Positions 20,426 to 29,776 of a stretch of 64,000 bases of DNA are shown piece after piece (positions within the stretch are counted from its first letter, which is position 1; every line of letters begins with the position of its first letter). A model generated the notes under the pieces. That model was not told where the DNA came from and made no database searches. It worked only from the letters and a program-made list of their open reading frames with translations. A program made the translations under genes and the position numbers. This DNA comes from an uncultured Bacilli bacterium (GTDB lineage Bacteria > Bacillota_I > Bacilli_A > RF39 > UBA660). Location of the stretch: the NCBI GenBank assembly GCA_948479395.1, contig CAOLUI010000002.1, positions 1,282 to 65,281 on the forward strand. Reading direction: 5' to 3'.

Positions 20426-22300
20426 ATGAAAAAAAAAATAGCTATATTTACAGGGTTTTATTTGCCTCATCTTGGAGGAGTTGAAACATATACATTTAAT
20501 TTGGCAACGGAGTTAGTTAAACAAGGTTATGATGTGATAATTGTAACTTCAAATTATAATAATGAAAAAAATTATGTCAAAAATAAAATATCAATTTATA
20601 AATTACCAGTTTATAAATTATTTAAAAATAGATATCCGATTTTGAAAAAAAATAATGATTATAAATCATTAATAAATAAATTACAAGATGAAAATATAGA
20701 TTATGTTTTATGTAATACAAGATTTTATACAACGTCTTTTTTAGCTGCAAATTTTGCGAAAAAGAATAATTTACCAATTATTTGTATTGATCACAGTAGC
20801 GGACATTTAAGTGTTGATAATAAAGTCTTAGATTTTTTTGGTGCTATTTATGAACATTTTCTAACTTTCAGATTAAAATATAAAATTAAAGATTATTATG
20901 GAGTTTCTAAAAGGAGTAATGAGTGGTTAAATCATTTTAAAATTAAAGCCTCGGGAGTTTTTTATAATTCAGTTGATAAAAATTTGTATAATGAATACAA
21001 AGATAAAAACTATAGAAAAGAATTTAATAATAAAATTGTTTTAAGTTATGTAGGAAGAGTTATTAAAGAAAAAGGGTTATATAATCTTTTGGATGCTTTT
21101 AAGTTATTAGAAAAAAAATATCAAAATCTTGTTCTGGTAATAGCAGGCGATGGAACTTCTTTAAATGATTTGAAAGAGAAATATAAGAGTAAAAATATTG
21201 TTTATTTAGGAGGAGTAGATCATGATGAAGTAATGAAACTATTGAGTCAAACAGATATTTTTATTCATCCATCAATGTATCCTGAAGGATTGCCTACAGT
21301 TATATTAGAAGCGGGATTAATGAAAAATGTTGTTTTAGCAACTGATCGAGGCGGAACAAAAGAAGTAATAAATAAAAAAACGGGGATTATTATTGAAGAA
21401 AATGTCGAATCAATTGTGGAAAATGTTGAAAAATTATTAAATAATGAAAAATTAATGAATGAATATAAAGAGAATATTCATCAAGAAGTGAAGGAAAAAT
21501 TTACGTGGAATATTAATGCCCAAAAAGTAATTGAAGCTTTTGAAAGGAAAGAAAAAATGGATAATAGTAGTGTTAGTATTTTTGTAGCTGCTCATAAAAA
21601 GGCGAAATTTCCAGACGATAAAATGTATATACCTATTAGAGTAGGGGCGGCTTTAAATAAAGATGATTTTGGATATGTTCGAGATGATACAAAAGATAAT
21701 ATATCTAATAAGAATAAATCTTTTTGTGAACTTACTGCTACATATTGGATTTGGAAAAATGATAAATCAGATATAGTGGGTTTAACTCATTATAGAAGAT
21801 ATTTTTTTAAAAGAAAAAAGAAAATGGATTTTAAGAATATATTAAATAAAAAAGATATTATAAGTATTTTAAAGGATTATGATATTATTGTTCCTAATAG
21901 GACTTTTATAATAAAACATAATGCTAAAAATTCATGGTATAAAACACATATAGCAAAGGATTATGATTTAGTAAGAGATATTATTTCGGAAAAGTATCCT
22001 GATTATTTAGAAAGTTTTGATAAGTTTTCGAGGAAAAAGACTTTATATATTTGCAATATGTTTATTACAAGGAAAGAAATATTTGATGATTATTATTCTT
22101 GGTTATTTGATATTTTATTTGAGTTAGAAAAAAGAGTCGATATTAGCAAGTATGATGATTATAATAAAAGATTATTTGGTTTTATGTCAGAAAGATTGTT
22201 TAATGTATGGTTATTAAACCATAAAGAATTAAAAATTAAACGAATGCCTGTTTATAACACAGATAAGAGACCTTATAATCAATATTTAATGATAAATTAA
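20426..22300 (+). CDS. Bifunctional glycosyltransferase: N-terminal GT4 (GT-B) plus C-terminal DUF4422 (GT111-like galactofuranosyltransferase domain)
   Basis: The N-terminal GT4 domain has GLPTVILEAGLMKNVVLATDRGG. The C-terminal domain starts IFVAAHKKAKFPDDKMYIPIRVGAALN, typical of DUF4422. The gene is adjacent to glf. Confidence 0.65.
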   Translation: MKKKIAIFTGFYLPHLGGVETYTFNLATELVKQGYDVIIVTSNYNNEKNYVKNKISIYKLPVYKLFKNRYPILKKNNDYKSLINKLQDENIDYVLCNTRFYTTSFLAANFAKKNNLPIICIDHSSGHLSVDNKVLDFFGAIYEHFLTFRLKYKIKDYYGVSKRSNEWLNHFKIKASGVFYNSVDKNLYNEYKDKNYRKEFNNKIVLSYVGRVIKEKGLYNLLDAFKLLEKKYQNLVLVIAGDGTSLNDLKEKYKSKNIVYLGGVDHDEVMKLLSQTDIFIHPSMYPEGLPTVILEAGLMKNVVLATDRGGTKEVINKKTGIIIEENVESIVENVEKLLNNEKLMNEYKENIHQEVKEKFTWNINAQKVIEAFERKEKMDNSSVSIFVAAHKKAKFPDDKMYIPIRVGAALNKDDFGYVRDDTKDNISNKNKSFCELTATYWIWKNDKSDIVGLTHYRRYFFKRKKKMDFKNILNKKDIISILKDYDIIVPNRTFIIKHNAKNSWYKTHIAKDYDLVRDIISEKYPDYLESFDKFSRKKTLYICNMFITRKEIFDDYYSWLFDILFELEKRVDISKYDDYNKRLFGFMSERLFNVWLLNHKELKIKRMPVYNTDKRPYNQYLMIN

Positions 22301-22313
22301 TGGTGGTGATAAA

Positions 22314-23423
22314 ATGAAAAAATATGATTATGTAATAGTGGGTGCTGGTTTATTTGGGGCTACTTTTGCTCAAAAAGCGCATGCCGAAGGAAAGAAAGTT
22401 TTGGTTATTGATAAAAGAAGTCATATAGCAGGAAATATTTACACAGAGGAAGTAGAGGGAATTAATGTTCATAAGTATGGGGCCCATATTTTTCATACTG
22501 ATTATAAGGATGTTTGGGATTATATAAATTCTTTTGGGGAATTTAATCGATATACTAATGCACCAATAGCTAGAATTGGAAATGAAATTTATAATATGCC
22601 GTTTAATATGAATACTTTTGCTAAAATATGGGATGATGTATTTACGCCAAAGGATGCGATAAGACATATAAATGAGGAGAAAAAGGAAATTACGGGAGAA
22701 CCGCAAAATTTAGAAGAACAAGCAATTTCTTTGGTCGGAAGAACAATTTATGAAAAATTAGTGAAAGGTTATACGGAAAAACAATGGAATCGTGATTGTA
22801 AAGATTTACCAGCTTTTATTATAAAAAGATTACCAGTAAGGCTTACTTTTGATAATAATTATTTTAATGATAGATATCAAGGAATTCCCATTGGAGGATA
22901 TACTAAGTTGGTAGAGAAAATGTTAGATGGAATTGAGGTAAAGCTTAATACTAATTTTTTTGATGATATAGAATATTATAAAGAAATAGCAGAGTATATA
23001 GTTTATACTGGTCCAATAGATGAATATTTTAATTATTCTTTGGGTACTTTAGAATGGCGAAGTTTAAAGTTTGAAACAAAGGTTTTAGATGAAGAAAATT
23101 ATCAAGGAAATGCTGTTGTAAATTATACGGGTCATGAAGTAGATTATACTAGAGTAATTGAACATAAACATTTTGAATTTGGTAACCAAAGTAAAACAGT
23201 TATAACTTTTGAATATCCAGCAGATTATAAAGAGGGAATGGAAAAATATTATACAATAAATGATGAAAAAAATAATGAATTAGCAGAGAAATATCGTGAT
23301 CTTGCGAAAAAGGAAGAAAAAGTTATTTTTGGTGGAAGACTTGCCGAATATAAATATTATGATATGGATGATGTTATTAAAAGAGCTTTTGAAGTATCAA
23401 ATGAATATTTAAAGGATGAATAA
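22314..23423 (+). CDS. glf: UDP-galactopyranose mutase
   Basis: FAD-binding N-terminus YDYVIVGAGLFGATFA; the length (369 aa) and conserved blocks match Glf. Confidence 0.9.
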   Translation: MKKYDYVIVGAGLFGATFAQKAHAEGKKVLVIDKRSHIAGNIYTEEVEGINVHKYGAHIFHTDYKDVWDYINSFGEFNRYTNAPIARIGNEIYNMPFNMNTFAKIWDDVFTPKDAIRHINEEKKEITGEPQNLEEQAISLVGRTIYEKLVKGYTEKQWNRDCKDLPAFIIKRLPVRLTFDNNYFNDRYQGIPIGGYTKLVEKMLDGIEVKLNTNFFDDIEYYKEIAEYIVYTGPIDEYFNYSLGTLEWRSLKFETKVLDEENYQGNAVVNYTGHEVDYTRVIEHKHFEFGNQSKTVITFEYPADYKEGMEKYYTINDEKNNELAEKYRDLAKKEEKVIFGGRLAEYKYYDMDDVIKRAFEVSNEYLKDE

Positions 23424-23488
23424 ATCATCTTTTTTTTTATTATGGTTTTAAGGTTAAAAAATAGCTTATTAACATATTTAATTATAAA

Positions 23489-23497
23489 TGGTATAAT
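23489..23497 (+). promoter_or_regulatory. Extended -10 promoter element (TGgTATAAT)
   Basis: tggtataat sits 22 nt upstream of the ATG at 23519. Confidence 0.4.
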
Positions 23498-23518
23498 TTT
23501 TTTAGAAAGAAGAATTAA

Positions 23519-25186
23519 ATGAAAAAAAGCAAATTTTTAGATATAAATTATTTTATTATTTTTATAGTATCCTTATTGTTAATTTTTCCACTTATAAACA
23601 ATTTATATTTTGAAGGACACGATACGGGATATCATATAGCTAATATCTTAGCTATAAGTGATAACTTAAGTTATCATAATCTATTTAATTTAAAAATCTT
23701 TCCTTTAATTGCGAATAATTTTGGTTATGGTTCAGGAATATTTTATCCGCAGCTTTCGCATTTCATGGCGGCTTTGATTTATAATGTTTTTCCAAATATT
23801 TTAGTTTTTACTTCTTTGAAAATTACTAATTTTATTATTATTTTTTTATCGGGAATTTTGATGTATAGATTTATGAAAGTATCCACAAAGAATAAAAAAT
23901 TAGCTTTTTTAGCGACGATTTTTTATTTAACTATACCTTATAAAATATATGATTATTTGGTAAGAGATGCAGTAGCTGAGTCTTTAGTTTTTGTTTTTTT
24001 ACCATTAATTTTTTTAAGTTTTTATTATATATTTAATAAACAATATAAAAAGTTTTATATTAATTTTATTATAGGTTATGTGGGGTTGATTAATTCTCAT
24101 TTGGTAATGACTATTTATGTAACTTTATTTTTAATTGTTATTTTAATTACGCAATTTAAAAAGTTTTGGAATAGAGAAATAATTAAGAGGTGTTTTAGAG
24201 CAACTGGAGTAGTTTTATTGATTTGTTTACCATTTATTATTCCTTTAATAACGCATCTGGTAAGGGGCTCTTATGTTGTATTTGATAAAGGGCAAATGGC
24301 CAATAGATTTGGAGTTTATAGCGGCGGATTAAATATTTATCATTATTTTATTGGATGGCCTAAGGAAATTGGATATCATTTTTTAAATATCGTAGGTTTT
24401 TTGTTAGTTATTTATTTGATAGTTAAATTGAAAAAAGCGAATATGATAAAAAGAAAATTACAACAAGATTATTTATTTGCAACTGGTTTAATTTGTACTA
24501 GTTTAGGAATATGGATGTCTTCTTTATTATTTCCGTGGTTTTTAATGCCAAATTTTTTATTAATGATTCAGTTTCCTTGGCGACTAGGGACATTTACGGG
24601 AATAGGAATTAGTATTTTAGTTTATTATGCTTTTTTAGAAATTAAAGATATGTATTGGAATAAAGCGTATATATTAAGTATTATATTTTGTATTTTAGTA
24701 GCTATTTTTTGTATAATGGCTCAAGACTATAAAAAATTGTCTATTGATGATTATAATTTGTCACAACTTGGAATGGGATGGCAAAAAGAATATTTACCCG
24801 TTAAGCTAAAAAAGAAGCAAAAATATTTGAAAAAAAGGGGAAATGATATTTTGGTAATGAAAGGTAATGCCTTAATAACTAATGTAATAAATGATACGCC
24901 ATATCTAAAATTTCGAGTAGATGAGGTATCAGATGCAGTATTAGAGTTACCACGAATTTATTATTTAGGGTATAAAATAACAGTTGATTATGGAGATAAA
25001 AAAGAGAATATTTCTTATAAAGAGAATGAAAATGGTTTTATAGAGATAAGTTTGAAAAAAAGTGCTATAATTGAAGTAGATTATGAAGGAACGCCACTAG
25101 CAAGAATTAGCAATAAAATAAGTGTAATAACTATGATGGGATTTTTGATTTTTATTGTTTTTAAAAGAGGTGAGGAAAATGGCTAA
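23519..25186 (+). CDS. Polytopic membrane protein, candidate GT-C fold glycosyltransferase (ArnT/YfhO-like)
   Basis: 555 aa with about 12 TM helices, a conserved acidic/His motif in the first loop (EGHDTGYH) and a C-terminal soluble domain. It is followed by a CsbB/ArnC-like GT2. Confidence 0.4.
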   Translation: MKKSKFLDINYFIIFIVSLLLIFPLINNLYFEGHDTGYHIANILAISDNLSYHNLFNLKIFPLIANNFGYGSGIFYPQLSHFMAALIYNVFPNILVFTSLKITNFIIIFLSGILMYRFMKVSTKNKKLAFLATIFYLTIPYKIYDYLVRDAVAESLVFVFLPLIFLSFYYIFNKQYKKFYINFIIGYVGLINSHLVMTIYVTLFLIVILITQFKKFWNREIIKRCFRATGVVLLICLPFIIPLITHLVRGSYVVFDKGQMANRFGVYSGGLNIYHYFIGWPKEIGYHFLNIVGFLLVIYLIVKLKKANMIKRKLQQDYLFATGLICTSLGIWMSSLLFPWFLMPNFLLMIQFPWRLGTFTGIGISILVYYAFLEIKDMYWNKAYILSIIFCILVAIFCIMAQDYKKLSIDDYNLSQLGMGWQKEYLPVKLKKKQKYLKKRGNDILVMKGNALITNVINDTPYLKFRVDEVSDAVLELPRIYYLGYKITVDYGDKKENISYKENENGFIEISLKKSAIIEVDYEGTPLARISNKISVITMMGFLIFIVFKRGEENG

Positions 25187-26135
25187 GGAAGTTATAAGTG
25201 TTGTAGTATCTTGTTATAATGAAGAAAAATCTTTACCATTATTTTATAAAGAGTTAAGTAAGATTTTTGATAATATTTCGAAGTATAAGTTAGAACTTAT
25301 TTTAGTAAATGATGGAAGTAAAGATAAAACATTAGATGAAATGAAGAAATTATATAGAGAGGATAATAGAATAAAATATATTTCTTTTTCCAGAAATTTT
25401 GGAAAGGAAGCGGCGATGTATGCGGGGCTTGTTAATACAACAGGAGATTATGTAGCTTTAATGGATGCGGATTTACAAGATCCTCCCTCTCTTCTTCCCG
25501 ATATGCTAGAAATATTAAAAAATGAAGAAAATGAGTATGATTGTGTGGCAACCCGAAGAGTTAGCAGAACAGGAGAACCACCAATTAGAAGTTTTTTTGC
25601 ACGAGCTTTTTATAAAATAATTAATAAGATGTCAGATGTTGAATTAGTTGATGGGGCAAGAGATTATCGTTTAATGAAAAGAAAAATGGTAGATGCTATT
25701 TTAGAGTTAAAGGAGTATAATCGTTTTTCCAAAGGGTTATTTGGCTTTGTGGGTTTTAATACTAAATGGTTAGAATATAAAAATATTGAAAGAGTTGCGG
25801 GAGAGACTAAGTGGTCTTTTTGGAAGTTATTTAAATATGCTATTGAAGGAATTGTTGCTTTTACTACTGTACCTCTTACTATCGCTGCAGTTTTAGGAAT
25901 ATTGTTTTGTATAATTGCTTTTGTAATGATTATAGTAATTATTTTTAAGACTTTAATTTTTGGCGATCCCACGAGTGGCTGGCCTTCAATGATTTGTGTA
26001 ATATTTTTAGTTAGTGGTGTTCAATTGTTTTGTTTAGGGATTATAGGAGAGTATTTATCTAAAACTTATTTAGAAACTAAAAAAAGACCAATTTATATAG
26101 TGAAAGAAACGGAAAAAGATTTAGAAAAAAAATAA
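25155..26135 (+). CDS. GT2 undecaprenyl-phosphate glycosyltransferase (CsbB/ArnC-like) with C-terminal TM helices
   Basis: ISVVVSCYNEEKSLP, NDGSKDKT, DADLQD, plus two C-terminal TM segments. Confidence 0.75.
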   Translation: MFLKEVRKMAKEVISVVVSCYNEEKSLPLFYKELSKIFDNISKYKLELILVNDGSKDKTLDEMKKLYREDNRIKYISFSRNFGKEAAMYAGLVNTTGDYVALMDADLQDPPSLLPDMLEILKNEENEYDCVATRRVSRTGEPPIRSFFARAFYKIINKMSDVELVDGARDYRLMKRKMVDAILELKEYNRFSKGLFGFVGFNTKWLEYKNIERVAGETKWSFWKLFKYAIEGIVAFTTVPLTIAAVLGILFCIIAFVMIIVIIFKTLIFGDPTSGWPSMICVIFLVSGVQLFCLGIIGEYLSKTYLETKKRPIYIVKETEKDLEKK

Positions 26136-26183
26136 GTCTTTTTTTATTTTATGGTATACTACTAATATAGAGGAAGTGTTATT

Positions 26184-29100
26184 GTGAAAATAGTTGTTGA
26201 TGCAAATAAAATTTGTTCTGATATAGCTTATCTTTTTAGTGAAGTAGCGGCAATTTATCCTATTACTCCATCTAGTCCAATGGCTTCAAATATTGATTAT
26301 TTAAATTATACAGAAAAAGGCAATTTATTTAATAATAAAGTTGAAGTAATTGAAATGCAGAGTGAAGCAGGAGCGGCAGGAGCGATGCACGGCTCTTTAT
26401 TGGCGGGAGTTTTAACAACTACTTTTACAGCTAGTCAAGGTTTATTACTTATGATACCAAATATGTATAAAATGGCGGGGGAAATGTTACCAGGAGTTAT
26501 TCATGTGGCTTCTAGAACTGTAGCGACGCATGCTTTATCAATTTTTGGGGATCATAGTGATATTTATGCTACTCGCCAGACAGGTTTTTGCTTGTTAGCC
26601 TCTAGTAATTGCGAAGAAGTAAGAACTAATGCTGCTGTTGCTCATTTAGCAAGTATTGAAGGATCATTACCTTTTTTACATTTTTTTGATGGTTTTAGAA
26701 CAAGTCATGAGGTTAATTCTATAAATTCAGTTGATGAAACGGAGTTTTTAAAATTGATTAATTATGAAAAAATAAATGATTTTAAAAAAAGAATGTTAAA
26801 TGTTGATCATAATGTGACAAAAGGGTTAGCTGAAAATGAAGATATTTATTTTCAATCAATGGAAGCAAGAAATAGTGTTTATAATGAAATACCCGATATA
26901 GTTAATGATTATATGCAAAAGGTAAATAAAATTACGGGAACAAATTGTCAACCTTTTAATTATTATGGCGATAAAATGGCTACGAATATTATAATTGCCA
27001 TGGGTAGTATTATAGATACAATAAAGCTAGTAGTTGATCAAGAAAATAAAAAAGGAAAGAGAATAGGAGTTATTGCGGTTCATTTGTATCGTCCTTTTAG
27101 CGTTAAATATTTACTGGAAGTTTTACCTAAAAGTGTTAAGAAAATAGCAGTTTTAGATCGTACTAAGGAAGCAGGAAGCATGGGAGAACCTTTATATTTG
27201 GATATTCTCTCTGCTTTAAAGGATAAAAATATAGAGATAGTAGGAGGACGATTTGGTCTTTCTAGTAAAAATACAACTCCAGCTGATATTTATAGTGTTT
27301 ATCAAATGTTAGAGGGTAATTTACAAAATAATTTTACAATTGGAATAAAGGATGATGTTACTAATTTAAGTTTAAAAAAATATGATTATTCTTTAAATTT
27401 AGGAGCGAAAGAGATTGTTATATATGGTTTTGGAAGTGATGGGATGGTTAGTGCTAGTAAAGATATTTTAAGAATTGTTGCTGATAAATTAAATAAAGAT
27501 GTTGATGGATATTTTGAATATGATTCTAAAAAAAGCCGAGGTGTAACAGTAAGTAATTTAAGAATAAAAGAAACTAATTTTAAAGCCCCTTTTTATGTAA
27601 TTAATCCTGATATAGTAGTAGTGACGAAAGATGAATATTTTAAAAAGTTTAATATTGTTGATAAAATTAAAAGTAAGGGAATCTTATTAATTAATACAGA
27701 AAGTCTGAAAAGTCTTGATCAAAAAATTAGTGAAAAAGATAAATTATTAATTAAAGAAAGAAAGATCCAGGTTTTAACTATTAATGCTTCTTTAATTGCT
27801 TTAGAAAAGGGAATTAAAGGAAAAATTAATAAAATTATGGAAGTTATAATTTTAAAATTAATTGGGGTAAATGATGCTTTATTACTTGTGGAAGAATCAA
27901 TTAAAAAACAGTTTAAAAATAAAGGTTTGGAAGTAATAACGAATAATAAAGAAGCAATATATGAATCTTTAGAAAATTTGTGTCAGTTAAATTTAACAGA
28001 TAAAAGTTATCAAAAAGAAGAGACTGATAATATATTTGAAAAGATTGAAAGAAGATTAGGAAATGAGTTAGCTGTCAGTGAAGTTTTAGCGATTAAGGAT
28101 GGAACATTTCCTGGAGGATTGGCGAAACTGGAAAAGAGCGGGCTTTCTAAAAGAGTTGCCAAGTGGATACCAGAAAATTGTATTGAATGTGGAAGGTGTA
28201 GTTTTATTTGTCCTCATGCGGTAATTCGTTCTTTTAAAGTAACTGATAAAACTTTAGGGAAAAATAGTAAAATTTATAAAGATTATAATTATTTAATAAG
28301 TGTTAGCGAGAAAGATTGTACAGGGTGTGGACTTTGTATTGATATTTGCCCAGGATTTAAAGGGGAGAAAGCTTTAGAATTGGGAGATTATGATCCAAAT
28401 AAACAAGCTTTAAGTGATTATTATTTTAATGCATATCAGAATCCTGATTCTAATAAAAAAGATACGGTTAATGATTTAAGTTTTGTGAAACCATATTTTG
28501 AGTTTTCGGGAGCATGTGCAGGATGTGGTGAAGCAGCTTATTTAAAAATTTTAACGCAAATTGTGGGGAAGAAATTAATTATAGCTAATGCTACAGGTTG
28601 TTCCAGTATATATGGAGGAAGTGCCCCATCGACCCCTTATAGTATTCCATGGGCTAATTCTTTGTTTGAAGATAATGCTGAGTTTGCTTTGGGAATGTAT
28701 TTAGCTTATAAGCAAAAAAGAAAAATGATTGAAAAAATTATGAAACAGTCTTTATTAGCCGTTAATTTAGAAGTGAAAGAAAAATTTGAAGAATGGTTAA
28801 ATAATCAAGATGATTTTGAGATAACTTATAAGCTCAAAAAAGATTTGACTAATTTAGAAATTTCAAAAGATTTAAGAGATTTGTTAGATTATATTCCAGC
28901 GAGGAGTGTATGGGCTGTTGGTGGTGATGGTTGGGCTTATGATATTGGATTTGGAGGAATTGATCATGTTTTATCAGGAGATAATAAAGTAAAAATATTG
29001 GTTCTTGATACAGAGGTTTATTCGAATACGGGTGGTCAAATGTCTAAATCTTCCCGTTTAGGTCAAGTAGCTGAATTTGCTGATTTTGGTAAGCGAACGA

Positions 29101-29540
29101 GAAAGAAGGATTTGTTCAAAATTGCCATGTGTTATCCTAATTGTTATGTTGGAAGTATTTGTTTAGGGGCAGATTTAAATCATACGCTTAAAACTATTAA
29201 AGAAGCGGAAAATCATAATGGCCCTGCAATAATCATTGCTTATTCTCCTTGTGTTGAACAAGGGATTAAGGGAGGACTTAGTTGTACGACAAAAGAACAG
29301 GAATTGGCTGTTAAATGTGGTTATCAACTTTTAATGCGTTATAATCCTTTAGAAGAAAAATTATATTTAGATTCGAGAGAGCCTGATTTTGAGTTATATG
29401 ATGAATTCTTAAATAATGAAATAAGATATAATTCTTTAAAAATAAAAGATAAAGATTTAGCTGAGAAGTTATTATTTTTAAATAAAGAAAACGCTGTTAA
29501 ACGTTATTATTATTATAAAGAAAAAAGTACTAATAACTAA
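26184..29540 (+). CDS. nifJ: Pyruvate:ferredoxin (flavodoxin) oxidoreductase, single-chain PFOR
   Basis: 1118 aa with two ferredoxin-type CxxCxxCxxxCP clusters (CIECGRCSFICP, CTGCGLCIDICP), a TPP-binding C-terminal domain (GGDGWAYDIG) and a GTG start. Confidence 0.9.
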   Translation: MKIVVDANKICSDIAYLFSEVAAIYPITPSSPMASNIDYLNYTEKGNLFNNKVEVIEMQSEAGAAGAMHGSLLAGVLTTTFTASQGLLLMIPNMYKMAGEMLPGVIHVASRTVATHALSIFGDHSDIYATRQTGFCLLASSNCEEVRTNAAVAHLASIEGSLPFLHFFDGFRTSHEVNSINSVDETEFLKLINYEKINDFKKRMLNVDHNVTKGLAENEDIYFQSMEARNSVYNEIPDIVNDYMQKVNKITGTNCQPFNYYGDKMATNIIIAMGSIIDTIKLVVDQENKKGKRIGVIAVHLYRPFSVKYLLEVLPKSVKKIAVLDRTKEAGSMGEPLYLDILSALKDKNIEIVGGRFGLSSKNTTPADIYSVYQMLEGNLQNNFTIGIKDDVTNLSLKKYDYSLNLGAKEIVIYGFGSDGMVSASKDILRIVADKLNKDVDGYFEYDSKKSRGVTVSNLRIKETNFKAPFYVINPDIVVVTKDEYFKKFNIVDKIKSKGILLINTESLKSLDQKISEKDKLLIKERKIQVLTINASLIALEKGIKGKINKIMEVIILKLIGVNDALLLVEESIKKQFKNKGLEVITNNKEAIYESLENLCQLNLTDKSYQKEETDNIFEKIERRLGNELAVSEVLAIKDGTFPGGLAKLEKSGLSKRVAKWIPENCIECGRCSFICPHAVIRSFKVTDKTLGKNSKIYKDYNYLISVSEKDCTGCGLCIDICPGFKGEKALELGDYDPNKQALSDYYFNAYQNPDSNKKDTVNDLSFVKPYFEFSGACAGCGEAAYLKILTQIVGKKLIIANATGCSSIYGGSAPSTPYSIPWANSLFEDNAEFALGMYLAYKQKRKMIEKIMKQSLLAVNLEVKEKFEEWLNNQDDFEITYKLKKDLTNLEISKDLRDLLDYIPARSVWAVGGDGWAYDIGFGGIDHVLSGDNKVKILVLDTEVYSNTGGQMSKSSRLGQVAEFADFGKRTRKKDLFKIAMCYPNCYVGSICLGADLNHTLKTIKEAENHNGPAIIIAYSPCVEQGIKGGLSCTTKEQELAVKCGYQLLMRYNPLEEKLYLDSREPDFELYDEFLNNEIRYNSLKIKDKDLAEKLLFLNKENAVKRYYYYKEKSTNN

Positions 29541-29555
29541 ATTAGTACTTTTTAA
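29525..29555 (+). terminator. Rho-independent terminator of the PFOR gene
   Basis: Perfect 10-bp stem aagtactaat / attagtactt with a 6-nt loop, followed by ttttaaaa. Confidence 0.6.
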
Positions 29556-29776
29556 AATTCTACATTGAAGCTGCCCCCTGAAGACAGCTTCTAAAAGAAT
29601 AAAAAGGGGTTGACTAGTGTGATACTAGCACCAATTCGCATTAAGTGAATTGGTGATATATATACTAATTGATAAGGCTATTTTTGTCAACATTTTTTTA
29701 ACAAAAATAAAAATTTTTTTAAATATACATTTGTTTTTGTTTTTGCTATAATTTGTTTATAACGAGGAGTTAAGTA

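Noticed and set aside
22350-22706. Minus-strand 118-aa ORF antisense to glf
   Set aside because: It overlaps the well-supported glf CDS; its composition-driven ORF is typical of AT-rich antisense frames.
25664-25972. Minus-strand 102-aa ORF antisense to the CsbB-like GT2 gene
   Set aside because: Antisense overlap with a high-confidence CDS.
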